Assembly (NCBI RefSeq): GCF_009914755.1
Contig: NC_060930.1
Source: the human T2T-CHM13v2.0 reference genome, Homo sapiens
Direction: 5' to 3' (one strand)
Length of the DNA stretch: 64,000 bases
Each line of letters begins with the position of its first letter. The first letter of the stretch is position 1. Made by a program: the position numbers and the translations under genes. The notes below the pieces were generated by a model, which saw only the letters and a program-made list of their open reading frames with translations, was not told the origin of the DNA and did no database searches. This document shows positions 23,679 through 40,752 of this stretch, in pieces.

Positions 23679-24229
23679 AAGTTGTCCAGAATTTAAACTG
23701 ACTCTAGATTTCTAGATTCCTAGGTGGCGGGAAAATGTAAAACTTTAAAGCTCATGAGCGGAACGCAATGCAAGTCCTGAAACTAAGAGTTAAATGTGAG
23801 TCTCAGGGAAAAAAGCTAGATTAGCAAATCAAACATACATATACCTCATCCAGAACATCATTCAGGCATCAGTTCGGGGGCTACTAGCAGTAAAGTTGGT
23901 TTTAAATGAAATAAAGTGGAAAAGTTTGATATCACTTCCAGAAGTGGTCTGTCATCAGTAAGTATTGGTGTTGAGTCTAAAATGAATTAGAAACCTCCCG
24001 TTACTCTTAGGATTAAAGCAACCCGGTATGGAGAGAAATGAAAGAAAAAATGTAGTGTTAGCTTGACTTTATGTCCCTTTCACTGAATTCCATATGAGCC
24101 TATTTGGCAGAGAAATTTTGTACTCTACAAGGAAAACATCACTGATGTGGACAGCACCAATAATGTACGTCCCATTAAGCTAATAAATACCCAGACGGCC
24201 GTGTGAATACCTTGAATTCTTCAGAGAAG

Positions 24230-24654
24230 TGTGTTAGTGCGTTTAGTGTTGCTATAGCAGAACGCCTGAGGCTGGGTAATGATGAAAAAGGGTTTATTTG
24301 GCCCACATTTCTGGTGGCTGGAAAGTTCAAGATTGGGCAGCTGCATCTGGTGACAGCCTCATGCTGCTTTAACTCATGGTGTAAAGCCAAAGGGGAGTGT
24401 GGACCAGGTGCACAGAGATCACAAGGCAAGAGAAAGCAAGAGGAGGCCAGACTCAACCCAGTCTCCTAGGAACTCATGCATCCCTGCAAGAGGGAAAACG
24501 CCCCATCCCGAGGGCGGCCGTTAACCTATTCATGAGGGATCCGCCTCAGTAACCCACGCACTTTCTATCAGCCCCCACCTCCCAACACTTCCACACTGGG
24601 GATCAAATTTCAACAGGAGTTTTCCTGGGGACAGACTCCACCCAAACCACAGCA
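24230..24654 (-). mobile_element. ERVL-MaLR solo LTR (MST-type)
   Basis: tgtgttagt...ctgaggctgggtaat...aaaccacagca is the reverse complement of the MST layout. Confidence 0.85.
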
Positions 24655-27600
24655 AAATGTGTGACCCAGTTTTTCTAAAATGCTTGTTACAATTTGCTAA
24701 AGAATCACCACCACCATCCTTAGCTCCATCCTAGAGAGGATGTAACAAAGAAAAGTTATTGAACCAGAAAGCTGAGTGTCCAGCCCGATCTAAAAGAAGT
24801 AAGCCAGGTGCAAGGGCTCGGCCAAGGCGGGTGGATCACCTTAGTTTTATCTATGGAACCCCACATTTAAGTACATACGCAGTGAACTGGGAATAGTTCA
24901 TGTTATTAAGGGAAATATTGGGACGCTCCTGCTTTCCTTACCACTTTCTCCCCTCAGTTCAAAGAGGAGTACTGCTGCCTTCAAAACGGCATTGAACAGA
25001 GCTAATGGAAAAGAAAAATAGAGACAGATGTAAATTTAGTCTAAATACGAACTTGAAAAATGAAGTTGGATACCACACCCCCTCCCATTTCTTAAGTATT
25101 TTTTCATTTGTCATTCTTCTAAAGCCAAAGGTGATAAAAGTCATGCCTGCTGTGAGATCTGTATCTATTCCAGCAGGTTGATTGCCAAGAATTTGGTAAT
25201 AGTGTCAACATGAGCCTTCTTGCTGAGCGCCCTCAGCAGGCTGTGAGGAATGCCTGAAGAGTTTTATGCACAGGAGGCTCTCGTGCCACTCCTTTTCAGT
25301 TTGAATTACTACCTGTTTCTCATGAATATTTATTAAAAGTAGAAACTGTAGAATTCTGTAATGGAATTAAAATACAGAAATACCAGAGGAAAAAATTGTA
25401 GGCCACATATAGAAAAGGGTTGTTGTGTTACCCTATTGTATATCAATGGCTATAAAAATCAAATATTAGGGGGATAAAAAGCACTAGAAAGCACCCCAAC
25501 AGACATCACGCATGCTTTGCACTTGCAGGTTACTCATATTGATGAATTAGCACCACCGTCAAATTTCTGAGTGCTTAATTGGTGTTAATTAAATGATGCA
25601 ATCAGTATTTCTGTGTATATCAAAATGTACGAAAACCAAACTTGTGCCTCAAATTTATGTTAGTCAGATATGGTAAAGTGGTGTAATAGAATAGATGAAT
25701 CTCTTACAATGAGAAATCAAGGGGGATCAGCATACCTTGAGTACATGTTCTCAAAAATACTCCCTTAGTGACCTGCTGGGCAGAAATTGCTATTGTAACC
25801 GGCAAGCTTCAAATACGTGGTCTGGGTAGACAGTAAAGCCAGGATATTTTAACGGAAGACATCTTTTATTCTACAATTTTAGCCTCTTAGACAAAATGTC
25901 CAAGTGTTTTACTCCCACCTCTCTTTAAGTTACGCTCTTCAACATCTCTAAGGAATTTAAAAGTAAAATATTTGTGAGAAGCCACGAGTCAAGAACTATA
26001 ACTTGATAAGTATACATGAGTGTGCTATTTTTGTTTTGTTTTGTTCTTTGTTTTCTTTTTCTCTCAGAGCAATATAGGCTTGCTTTCCACAGTTGCACTA
26101 GGGACTGACTGTCAAAAGCATCCAAGTATCTAAATGGTTGGTGTATTGCAAAGCACACTGGAAAACAGAACCTGCTCCTGAGGAGTGTATGTGTTTTTCA
26201 GTAGGGCTATAAACTCTATGGTCATTAACCAAATGAAGATTTCAGTTCTGCATGTGTATTATGCCAGGTTGAATTGCCATATGTGTACTTATGGAGACAA
26301 GTTATCTTTAGCAAGGCTGCTGGCCATGTCAGTTTTTTGTCTGTTTTCTTTCATCATAGGAAACATCCCAAACTACTACAGATTATTTTTTGTTTTGTTT
26401 TTTAAACACTGGTCATTCTGGTGAAGTTTTTTGTTGTTGTTAAGCTAATTTTTTTTCCATTGTATATGTGCTTCCACTTTGTGGACACAGTAAATTTCAC
26501 CTAAGTTATTTCATATCACAGAAAATTTAATAGGGGTTGATGATTAAGGAAGTAGATTTAAAATATATAGGAATTTTGAGACTGAACTGTCAATTGTTTC
26601 AATAGACAAATCCAATTTAGAACTCATGCTGATTTTTTAAAATTCCAAATACGAGTCAAAGAACTTTCAAAATAACGAAGTGATTTTATTCATTCAAGCA
26701 GTATTTATGTGCTAAAGTGATTGGGCTGAATACCATGCCTGGCCTCTGGGTAGACAAGAGTGAAGATACCATTCCTGCTTCAAACAGCTCACAGTCCCAG
26801 GTTAGAGAGAGAAATGGAATATAAAAGTAGTATGAGGATTATACAGCAGAATTCCAAGCCCCAGTTTTATGCAGAACATCGAGTAAATGATTCTTTTCTG
26901 TGAAGACAGGAGCTAAATGTTTCACAGTATGTTCATTTCAGAATGATGGCTAAACTTTAGTAGAAAGTCTTGCTTCTTGGTATAGTCATATTTGAAGTAA
27001 TCTTATTCCTTGATATCATATTGATTTATGACTTCCCAAAAATATTTTTTGAAAGCCACTATGTTTTGGCTGTTGGGTTCCCAGGAGGAATTACCATTTA
27101 TTTTCACCCATCTTTGGCTGCTGCTGAGAAAGACTTTTCTCCAGCCCTGGTACCTCTCCCTTTAGGCTTTCCTGGGCGCTTTCTTTGGATCCAAAGCCAA
27201 GTCCTAGTGTGATGTATCCCTAAGGGTACAATCCTCATAGTCCTAGTACTAACGCCATTGCCAGTCTCAAAGTCTTTCATATTCCCATGAGATACCATTT
27301 AACATTGAAATTCAACCACTGTCCTTTAATCCTTTTACTATGGTCTTGTCTGAGAAGGATTTTATCTAAAAATAGTAGCTTTGCACTTAATCTCTGCAGT
27401 CTATATAAATTTAGGATAACATTCCTCTTCCTTCAGACTGTTTGTCCTTTCGTTGGTGTGAAAGTATACAGAGTACCCTTGAAGGTGGGAGCGCCATGGT
27501 GTTTTTCCTTGAGTTTCCTATCGCTAATGTTTAATTGCAATTGGAATGGAAGTGCTCAATAAATATTTGTTGAGTGAATAAATGCCACTATATCCTGTTT

Positions 27601-28359
27601 CCTACCTGTCCCTAGAGAATTGTCAAGTCAACTGATAGACTTAGCCCTGATATTGGTGTCGAAGCCAGTTGGCTGGCTGGAAGGCCGGTGAAGGCAGCAA
27701 GTCGCTCACAGGTTCTAAAGTGCACCAGAGCCTGGTTCGTGCATGTTATCAAGGCCGTGCCAGCGCTGGCTGTCCCATCGTCAGCTCTTCCATCTGCAAA
27801 AGTGAAACTGTACTCCTTACTCATATTTTAATCTTCAAGACGGAAGATTAATTGATATTCACTTTAAGCATATATCTATATTAAGTTATTGTGGGAGAGG
27901 CAGGGTATAGAAAATGGTTTAGTCCAGTTTCCATATCTGAGAGATAACCCAGGATCTTTTTGTAAGCATCAAAAATTAAACGATGTAGAATATTAAAAAT
28001 TGATCAAAAGCCCTTAGAAGTGAAAGCAGTTTTGTTGATCATAAGAACTAACACTCTGTTGATTACAGATGAGAAATCAGATGCCCAGAGAGATATATCG
28101 GGAAATGATATCCATAAGTTCGTATACGTGGTTGACAGATTGGGAATAGAATCTCCTGTGTCAAACCCTTGCCACATGCTGAGAGTTGGCATCCTCTCAG
28201 CAGAACCTTCTACACGGAAAGGCATGGTTTTCTTCCTGGGCTCTGGATTCATTAACTTGTGGCTCTCTACTGTACTAACACCTCCGCACTTTATAACTGT
28301 TTCAGGCGGTATTTGCTAAAAGAAAGAAAAAACACTGCAAACAAAAAGGCACCTTTCCA

Positions 28360-28753
<394 letters not shown>

Positions 28754-30519
28754 TCAAATGTGCTTGGCCTGGGAGAGGTGCCTGATAAATAGCATCTGAG
28801 TGAGTGATGGGCCTGCCTGAACTTCCGTCACTTCCTGTCAATTACTGCGATGGCCACACCCACATTCCCACCTCTGGTCCCAAGTCCATTCATCTTCATG
28901 CTTTCCGCAAACTCTTGCACAACTGACAAAATTCCCTCCATCATTGTATGACCCTGCCAAATGCCATATCCATTCTTTTTTCTCCACAAAGGAGAAAGGT
29001 AAGGAGAAGAAAGGGGTACATTGAGAGGCCTGGCTCCTGCCAAAACTCGGGGTCAGGTGGGCTCCCCACAAGAGGGCTTCCCAGAGGTTTTCCAATCATG
29101 GTACACTTGCAGAATCATATTTGAATGGGTGACTGGGGTCAACTGATGAGGCTGCTCATAGCTGGAGGCAGCCGCTCAGGGCTTAGCAGCAGACTGAACA
29201 TTTCAGATGCATTTGGAATCCATTCCCTTCGTGCCAGAGCTGGGGAATGGGACAGCAGGACCCCCGCCACTCTGTGGAAAGGTAGCATCAGAGGTGACTG
29301 CACCAAAGTTGAATATAGTTGTAAAGCTGGGATTGTTCCCTATTACTGTATAGAACAATATGACAAATGTCACGTATTTCATTACTTAAGATTACAAACT
29401 ATTTTAGTGACTAGGAAGTGATGCTAATCTATATCTTTTTTCTATCAAGACATAAGGTACTATCTACGAGATGTGAGTTTTAGTCTTCTTGGTATCCAAC
29501 GTGTAAGTTCCATTCATAAATCATCATTCACCTACTTAATGACTCATAGCAGTAGAACATTTTATCAAGAGTTGACCTCTGGAAAATCATTTTACACCAC
29601 TGTACACATTGATGAGAAAGCTATAGCGTACTGAAGATTTAGAACATTCTGAGTGTAGTAAGACGAGTGTTTTTTCTCCCTTTGACTGGCAGTGATAATG
29701 TTCACGTTATCAGGTATTTGAAGGACTATTTGGGTCAACTAATTATTTGATCCCTACCTACTACAAATCTCCTTTTCAAGGGATATGGATTATGGATTGG
29801 AGATTTCCACTTGGTATCAATGATGCTGAAATAACTAGGGTTTTTTTTTTCTTTTTTCCCTAGTAACTTCATTTACCATTGAATTTTGTGGGATTTCAGT
29901 TTATTTGAAGCTAGCATTATCTGATTCTCTTCCCGCAGAACTTAGTTCCCTATGGATTATATGACCTGGCATAGTAATCAGGGGGGTTCTTATTTCACTC
30001 TATTCAATGTTCTGTCGACTGACAATTTAGTCCTAGTGGAGGCATTCATACTAATGCTTTCATCACACAACTGTGACTCTACTGGGCCTGTGCACTTTAA
30101 AATCCAACTTACATCCAACGTGGGTTTCTCCAAATGGTGTAGCGGCTATCTAAACATAACTGAAATTTCTACTATTAGAACACTATATCACATCTAAATT
30201 GAGGCTTAGACCACAAACTTTTGTTTATTTAACCCAAAAATCATTCATAACAATAATTACTAGGGAATACAAATGCCTGTTCTCTAAAACAAAATTTAAA
30301 AACCATCTTACTGCTAATATTTGAAATTACTTACAGAATACTAAAAAAGCACACTACCAAATACGTGTCTCACAATTTTTGCCTTAAAAAGTTTTCGGGC
30401 TTCTAGTGGGAGTCCTACAGTTGTTTTAACAACAACAAAAATCAATTGATCTTGACTTGCTTTCATTGATAAATCTTTGAAAAGTATAGACTTAGATTAG
30501 GACTGAGAGAATTGAAATA

Positions 30520-31313
<794 letters not shown>

Positions 31314-31737
31314 TAATCTAGCTTTAACCACTTTTCAGTAATCAAGAGGTGCACAGTATAGATTGAATGTGCATCACTCAGCACAAGGCGTCTAGTGAGA
31401 AACTGCAATGATGATGTCGATGACTTTACTGCGTGTGCTCTCCTGGGAATGATGGTCTTGGTTATCACTCAGAAACACTAGCAAACGGGGAAGCGAGGAT
31501 CTTTAAGAAAAGCTGATTCTCACAATTCCTCTGGGGAGGTTTGTACCATGACTTAGAATCCTATCTCCCTATATATGATGTTTGGTTTTCTCCTCTACCT
31601 AGGAAGGGGAGAAGTACTTGAAGTTATCTTCTTGAGTTCTCAATTCCTAAGTCATACTTGGTAGTGTGATTTTGGCCATCAGTGTATGATTTTAAGTATT
31701 AGGAATAAGGCCCCACCACCACCCCAACACACTTTTA

Positions 31738-32070
<333 letters not shown>

Positions 32071-32519
32071 CTAGGCAGCAGCCCACAGAGCAGTAGCTCC
32101 CCCACTCCAAGCCCCAGACCTGCCTGGAAAGACCTGGGAATAGACCTTGAAGATCTGAGGGTTTACCCTAGTGTGAAACCCCGTTCTGTGCCTGGCCACA
32201 GTTATGTCTGGAGGCCAGTGTGGCCAAATAGTAACATTTTAACCACAGGGAGTACAGACAGAAAGGGAGGCTTTCCCTCTGTGCGCCCCCCGGCTGCCCT
32301 TTCTCCTGTCCAGCAGAACAGGTTTGAGCTTTTATCATTATTCCAAAAAAATTAATATTTTTGAAGAAGTAGGAAAGTACTTGTACTTGTGAAACACTCA
32401 GAATTTCCAATTAGAAAGGCACATATTTAAGGTGCTGCATAAATTTTCTCATGTATCCATATTTCTCTGTCAGCATAATGCAGGCTCTCTGGAATATGGC
32501 TGCTTTCTCACTCTGGAGA

Positions 32520-32685
32520 TTTTAGACAGGTAACTTCAACCTGAAACCTCAGGTCTCTCATCTATAAAATGGGGATAAAGTACCTATGTCACAGGGCTCC
32601 TAAGAGGGTCAACTGAGCTAATTAACGTAAACCTCTTAGCACATTGCCTGGAACTGGTGTGTGTTCAGTGAGTATGTGTCATTAT
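32520..32685 (+). mobile_element. MIR fragment
   Basis: MIR core cctcaggtctctcatctataaaatggggataa...cttagcacattgcctgg. Confidence 0.75.
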
Positions 32686-32729
32686 TTTCCTCTATTGTTT
32701 CCTGTTGCTAAATTAAGAATGTGTATTTA

Positions 32730-33018
32730 GTCAAGGCACGGTGGTTCACGCCTGTAATCCAGCACTTCGGGAGACTGAGGCGGGTGGATCACTTGAGGTC
32801 AGGAGTTTGAGACCAGCCTGGCCAACATGGTGAAACCCAGTCTCTACTAAAAATACAAAAATTAGCTAGGCATGGTGGCATGCACCAGGAATCCCAGCTA
32901 CTGAGGAGGCTGAGGCAGGAGAATTGGTTGAACCCAGGAGGCGGAGGTTGCAATGGGCCAACATCGTGCCACTGCACTCCAGCCTGGATGACAGAGTGAG
33001 ACACTGTCTTAAAAAAAA
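32730..33018 (+). mobile_element. AluS
   Basis: Alu dimer. Confidence 0.93.
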
Positions 33019-35295
33019 GGGGGGGCGTATTTAATCTACCTGGAGTCATTGGGAAGTGAGTCATTTCCTGTCCTCTTTATAGCCTTGAAGATTTCATATG
33101 ACTTCTTAAGAAACTCATGTACTTTGGGGTGCCCATGTTACATGGTGAGTAAGATATTTTACACATTTTTGTACGATTAAAATAATGTGTGTACTTTATA
33201 AATAAGCTGTAGTTTTCCAGCAAAATCTAGCTAAACTCCTACCACAAATGTAACAGGCATATAAAATTGTGATTACCTAAAAAGTCACTACTATGCAATG
33301 ATATTTAAACCTTATATGTCCTCATATTAAATTCTGCTTTGTACATTGAACTGCAGTTTATGTGACCTGAATATTTATTTCAAAGATAAACAGTACCTAC
33401 ACATTGCTCCAAGGGTTAGATTAGGGTGTTTATTCCCAGGCATTTTTTTCTGTTGTATTCGGATGAGACACAGACACGTCAGACAATTTCATCAGTAATG
33501 AACAGGAAACACACCAGATGCCAGCCTCGTGCCAAAGACTCCAACTGATCACCAAGGAACATCTGCCAAAATGCTTTTTAAACTCTTGGAGCACAGCTGT
33601 GTCTGTGCGCCCTGCTCCCTCGGTTAAGCTTCCGCTGGCATGACCTGCAATGACCGGCGGGTCCTGATGTGCTTTTTCCCTGATGGTAAAACTTTTGAAA
33701 GTTTTTTCTTATGTCCCTGTGTCCCTGCGAAGCCCTTGAGTCAGGCCACCTGCAAGGGAAAACCTTGAGCGATTCACAAGGACACATTCGTCGCTTTCTC
33801 AGGACGTGACTGGCGCCACCCTTATTCTCTACGGTCACACTGGTGTGCGGCCCACAGAGAGCCCTCTCTTGAGAAATGGGCACGATGACTTAGAAGGCTT
33901 GGCGGGCCACTCGTCCCTTTAAATTGAGGGCGCATGTAGAGTAAGCAATCTCATCTGAACGCCACCCGCTTGGCAGGCTTTTCCTCACCCCCTTATTGTA
34001 AGGCACCTTTTGCTTTACTATTTCCCCGGGGCGCAGGCCGGGATGCAGACAGAGGCTGGCTGTAGTCTTTGAAAGCACCATTGACTTGGTTTCGGGGGCG
34101 ACCGCACACAGGGCACCAAGACCCTGTTGAAGGGATTAGGTCTTAGGTTGCCTTGTGCCCACAGTTTTGCTTTGCAAGGAGTCTAGCGCCTCTGAAGAAT
34201 GTGACAGAAAATGTAGTACTAACAATAATACTCCCTGGAATTGTACATGGGCCTGCTTCTTTAACAGAAGAGAAAGGAGTAAGGATGAGGAGAGAGCCAA
34301 GGAGTAAGGGTGAACAGAAGACAAGAATTGAGATTTGGCCCCTGGGAGAGTCAGAGGAGAATTCAGTGAGAAGACTGGGAAGATGAATAGAACAAACAAA
34401 CAATCCTCCTAACTGGGCAGCTGGAGGAAAATAAGGAGGAGGTAAAATTGCTGGTGTCAGTTTTTTTACACGTAAACTTACATTCTTGGGCTTTATATAG
34501 TATACTTTTTTAGTTGAACGAATGCTATAAATACGCATTTTTTTGTTTGAGTAGATTAGAATGCTTGTCACAAAGAGCCTTGTAATTGGCATTGTAGAAG
34601 CTTTCTGGGCTCCTGACTCTAAAAGAAGAATTGGCACAGGAGTGGAATTGCGGTGTGGAGGAGGGCTGCTTGTATGAACAGGAAACCATGGTGGAAGTTG
34701 TTCAGATGAATGACGTGCTGAGGTTGGAAATCCCATTTCTAAAATAATGGAGGTGTGATAGTCATGCCATAGGTCAGCTGACTAGAATAACAAAATTGAG
34801 TTGAGAATAAAGCTGAGAAAACTATTGAAAATCAGCCACGGAGTTGTGCTGGGCAACCTCATGTTTTACTCAGGATCTTAGGAAGTCTTTGCATGACCCA
34901 GGATTTAAAAGCATTCATGCAGTTAAAGGACTGCTTGTCGTGAAGAAACCTCAGGGACAAGAAAGGAATGAGCTTCAGTCTGAAGCCGGCATGAACGTAG
35001 GCTGGAAAAGAGATCACTACAGTCACAATTGCCAGGTGCGTCACCAGAGGCTGTTTCCATGTGACGTTCTTGCCACAATTTAGAATTAAATTTAATATCT
35101 TCTCCTCCCCTGTAGTGGGTGTGCCCTCAAAGCTCCAAAAATGGTTGAACCCAACAAGCCCAGCACTGAGCTGTCTCTCCATCTAGACTCCCTTCCCCTC
35201 AGCTATTTCCCCCCTCACCTTCCATTCGCTGGCCAAGGTGGAACCCTGGAAGTCAGCCTTGCCCCCGCATCCCAGCTGCCCTCCCTCTGCTCTGT

Positions 35296-35791
35296 TGAGA
35301 GGTGAGGCCAGCTGGACTTCCTGGGTTGAGTGGGGACTTGGGGAACTTTTCTGTCTTACAAGAGGATTGTAAAATGCACCAATCAGGAACTTTCCTGTCT
35401 TACAAGAGGATTGTAAAACGCACCAATCAGCATAAAACACACTAATTAGACTAAAACACACCAATCAGTGCTCTGTAAAACGCACCAATCAGCAGGATTC
35501 TAAAAGTAGCCAATCGCAGGGAGGATTGAAAGAAAGGGCACTCTGATAGGACAGAAACCAAACATGGGCGGGGACAATAAGGAAATAAAAGCTGGCCACC
35601 TCGACCGGCGGCAGTAAGCCGCTAGGGTTCTCTTCGAAAGCCTTTCACTCTTCACAGTAAATCTTGCTACCGCTTACTCTTTGGGTCCGTGCCATCTTTG
35701 AGAGCTGTAACACTCACCGGGAAGGTCGGCGACTCCGTTCTTGAAGTCAGCACCACCACGAATCCACTGGCAGGAACCAACTCCGGACACA
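35296..35791 (+). mobile_element. Solo ERV9-family LTR (LTR12F-like)
   Basis: TGAGAGGTGAGGCCAGCTGGACTTCC...GGACACA with TG...CA ends, a 4-bp TSD CTGT (35292-35295 and 35792-35795) and repeated CACCAATCAG units. Confidence 0.9.
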
Positions 35792-36473
35792 CTGTGGTTT
35801 TCCCTGTTGTTGGCCTTTGGGCCTCCCTGTTCTCCACCAGCGCAGCCTGGAATCTCCACAGCCCCCGGGGCTCTACTTCCTGCAGCCTCAGCTGCTCCTT
35901 CACACGGTGGAATCCCCGCCAGACTCATCAGGGCTTAGGCCTGGGCCTTCCCACTCCCGCCTCTGCTTTCTTTTTGAGTCTGGAGCCTAGAAAGAGCCTG
36001 TGTTTTGGATGATCCTCCTTCCTGCAAGGCCCCAACATGCCATTTCCCCAGCCCCGTCGGGGGCAAACGTTGGTACTGAAGGTGCCGTCCTGTGCTTGAA
36101 GCGGCGTTCTTCCAGATGGTCCCGGGGAACACACTCTTTTTCCACAAAGGCCCTTCAGCGGCGCCTTGTCCACCCATCCCCTCTATAGTCCCCTCTATTC
36201 CGACTTCTCCAGCCACTCCTGCCCTGCGCATCTCCCCAAACGCCCCGCCTTTATGTGATGGTATGCTCTTCTCCAAATCACCTCGACATAGCAAAAGCAC
36301 TCCACAGAGACCAACTGTTCCTATCATTGCCCCCCAAAACATACTCTTGGAGGGCTTCAATCAACCAGAGACACGGCCATTTTACCAGAGAATCCCGGCA
36401 ACGCCCCCAACATCCTCCCTGCCTGTCTCTCCGTCGTCATCTCTCCCCACCTACCCTGCCCTTCACCCTCTAA

Positions 36474-36721
<248 letters not shown>

Positions 36722-36740
36722 ATTTTCATAGGTAAGTTAA

Positions 36741-37068
<328 letters not shown>

Positions 37069-37149
37069 CACAAACATTCTTTTCTACCCCCAGGCTTTCA
37101 GCATGTCACCTAATTCCTCCCAAAACCACTGTTTGCTCCCTCTTTTTGC

Positions 37150-37440
37150 CTGCCTAACTGATCCTTGTTTTTCGGCACTTAATTGGAAAGTCTTGTCTGA
37201 ACTGCCAAATGGGTTAGTTGCCTCTTCAAGTACCTCATGGCTCCAATGAAGCACTCTGGGAATGTTTGCAGCACTTTTCTTACTCCTCTGTTGCCTGTCC
37301 TCATGTCTCTCTCCCCTACCTTGTCATGACGTCTTCGAGATGGGAGCTGTGGGTTATTTCATCTTCATGTCTCAGCCCTCAGAATGGGTTCTGACACTTC
37401 GAAGGTCATTAATAAATGTTTGTTCTAAAAATGAATGAGT
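37150..37440 (+). mobile_element. L2 3' end
   Basis: L2 tail motif aataaatgtttgttctaaaaatgaatgagt. Confidence 0.6.
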
Positions 37441-38209
37441 GGCTTCTGTTTAGAGTAACATGGCACACTGGGTACTCAGAATATGTTCCCATTGAAAACA
37501 GCAAAAAATGTGGGATAAAATATATTGTCAGTTTTGTTGGATAAAATATATTGTCGGTTTTTTAAAAAGCATTAACAAAAGAGTAAGAAATCCTCTGGCT
37601 AAAATTTAGATGAAGTCATGAACGCAGAGGAATAACTGTGGTACTGAGACTGGTTTTTGCTAAGGAGGTATTAGCCAACCTATGTAGCGTGCTTCAATTT
37701 TTATCATTTTTTGAGGCACGGAATACAGTAGTCAATACCTGGGGTCAAGCCAAGGTGGGGTTCCAGTAAGAGGCCTTCACCCCATAGCACTGGGACTCCT
37801 CAGAATAATAGCAAATTAGAAGGGACTTGCCCACCCACAGAGATACACAAAGGACTGCCAGGAAAGTGCCTGTTTGCAGCCTTCAGTCCGAATGGTAGAG
37901 GGAGAAAAAAGAAAGCAAACAATGAAGAGTTTAACCACAGCTGCCTTTATACCAATTAGTAGCCAGAATTCAAACCACCTTGCTGGACTAAAAAATAATC
38001 TCAAGCCAAAGATTTAAGGAGGTACCTTACTAACACCTTTCAGAAACAAACACAAATCTGCTCTGGAAAAAAATCCTTCTTCATCCCGGGCCTCGGAATA
38101 TATTAACAAATACAGTTTCAGGACAAATGGCATCTGGCAATCAGAGTGAATCAACAAACAACAAGGAAATAAGGCACCATGAGTGAAAACTAGAATGTGT
38201 GTGGATATG

Positions 38210-38270
38210 ACTACAGATACAGATACAGATACAGATACAGAAGCAGATACAGAAGCAGATATATAGATTC
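38210..38270 (+). repeat. (AGATAC)n / (AGATACAGAAGC)n simple repeat
   Basis: Read directly. Confidence 0.85.
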
Positions 38271-38857
38271 AGCAGAAGTAGAGTCACAAAGATTTCAATT
38301 ATGAGAAGTATCAGACACCGATATAAAATTACTGTGTTTAATAAATTTAATGAAATAAAAGACAAGCTTGAAAATATGTATGGAGAACAAGAAACTATTA
38401 AAAAAACATATAAATAACACAAACAGAATGTCTATTAATGAAAAATGTAAGAATTGAAAGGAAAATCCCAATGTATGGGTTTTGTGGAAGATTAGATACA
38501 GCTAAAGAAAGAATTGTCCAGATGTAGCACAGATAAATAGGTAGACAACATGAATGAGAGATTTAAAAATATGAGGATAGACTAACTTCCGATATACACC
38601 TAGTCAGGGTTCTGGAAGGAAAAAGAAATCATTAGGCAAAGCCAATAAGTAGACAGTGACTGAGAAGTTTCCAGAACTAATGAAAAACACCAAATATGGT
38701 TTCAAGAAGATCAGTGAATAAAAGGAAATCCACATCTAGACTATCAAACTAAATGTTATAATAAACCAAACTATTTCAAGAATACGTAAAAAATACATTT
38801 TCAGATTAACCAAAAGTAAGAGAGCTTGCCAACAGACCCATGCTAAAGAAAATAATG

Positions 38858-39299
<442 letters not shown>

Positions 39300-39360
39300 T
39301 TAAATACCCAATAATAGTGCATACATTAGACAGGGGGGAATGGAATTAAGATATTGAATC

Positions 39361-40050
<690 letters not shown>

Positions 40051-40365
40051 AAGTTCTTGTGTTTCTTGGGAACAGGATAACAGGATTTCTCCAAAGAGGA
40101 TTTGTGTTTATTTCTGTAAACATGATAGGACATGATAAGTCAACCACAATTAGAATAATTACAGTGTATAACCTCCATTCTTGAGGAAAGAAAAAAATAG
40201 GATGAGAAAAATTTTCATCAATCCAAATAAGACAAAAAATTAGAGAGAAATAAAAAGCCAGGAAAAATAAGAAGCGCAAAGTAAGGTAGTACATATAAAT
40301 GCAAACATATTAGTTATAACAAATTTAAGTGAACTAAAAGCTCTAGATAAAACACAAAAAACTTA

Positions 40366-40752
<387 letters not shown>

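Larger units (their letters stand above)
7082..23695 (+). other. QKI: QKI gene, 3' portion (exon 5 to distal 3' end; intron 4 extends off the left edge of the window)
   Basis: Spliced exons translate to the QKI QUA2/proline-rich/C-terminal sequences with canonical AG/GT boundaries. The 3' end is inferred from ATTAAA at 23673 and the onset of repeats at ~24.2 kb. Confidence 0.96.
15810..23695 (+). other. QKI: QKI-5 3'UTR with multiple alternative poly(A) sites
   Basis: About 7.9 kb with no recognisable interspersed repeat, several AATAAA/ATTAAA hexamers and many miRNA seed matches. Confidence 0.75.

Noticed and set aside
8390-23700. Global enrichment of ACTAAY across the QKI 3' region
   Set aside because: About 15 cores in ~15 kb is close to the chance expectation for this base composition. 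Only positional or paired sites were kept.
34143-34736. 197-aa minus-strand ORF
   Set aside because: No recognisable domain or coding-like composition and no supporting gene structure.
37513-37561. Short direct duplication of ggataaaatatattgtc
   Set aside because: A local slippage duplication inside an old L1; no sign of function.
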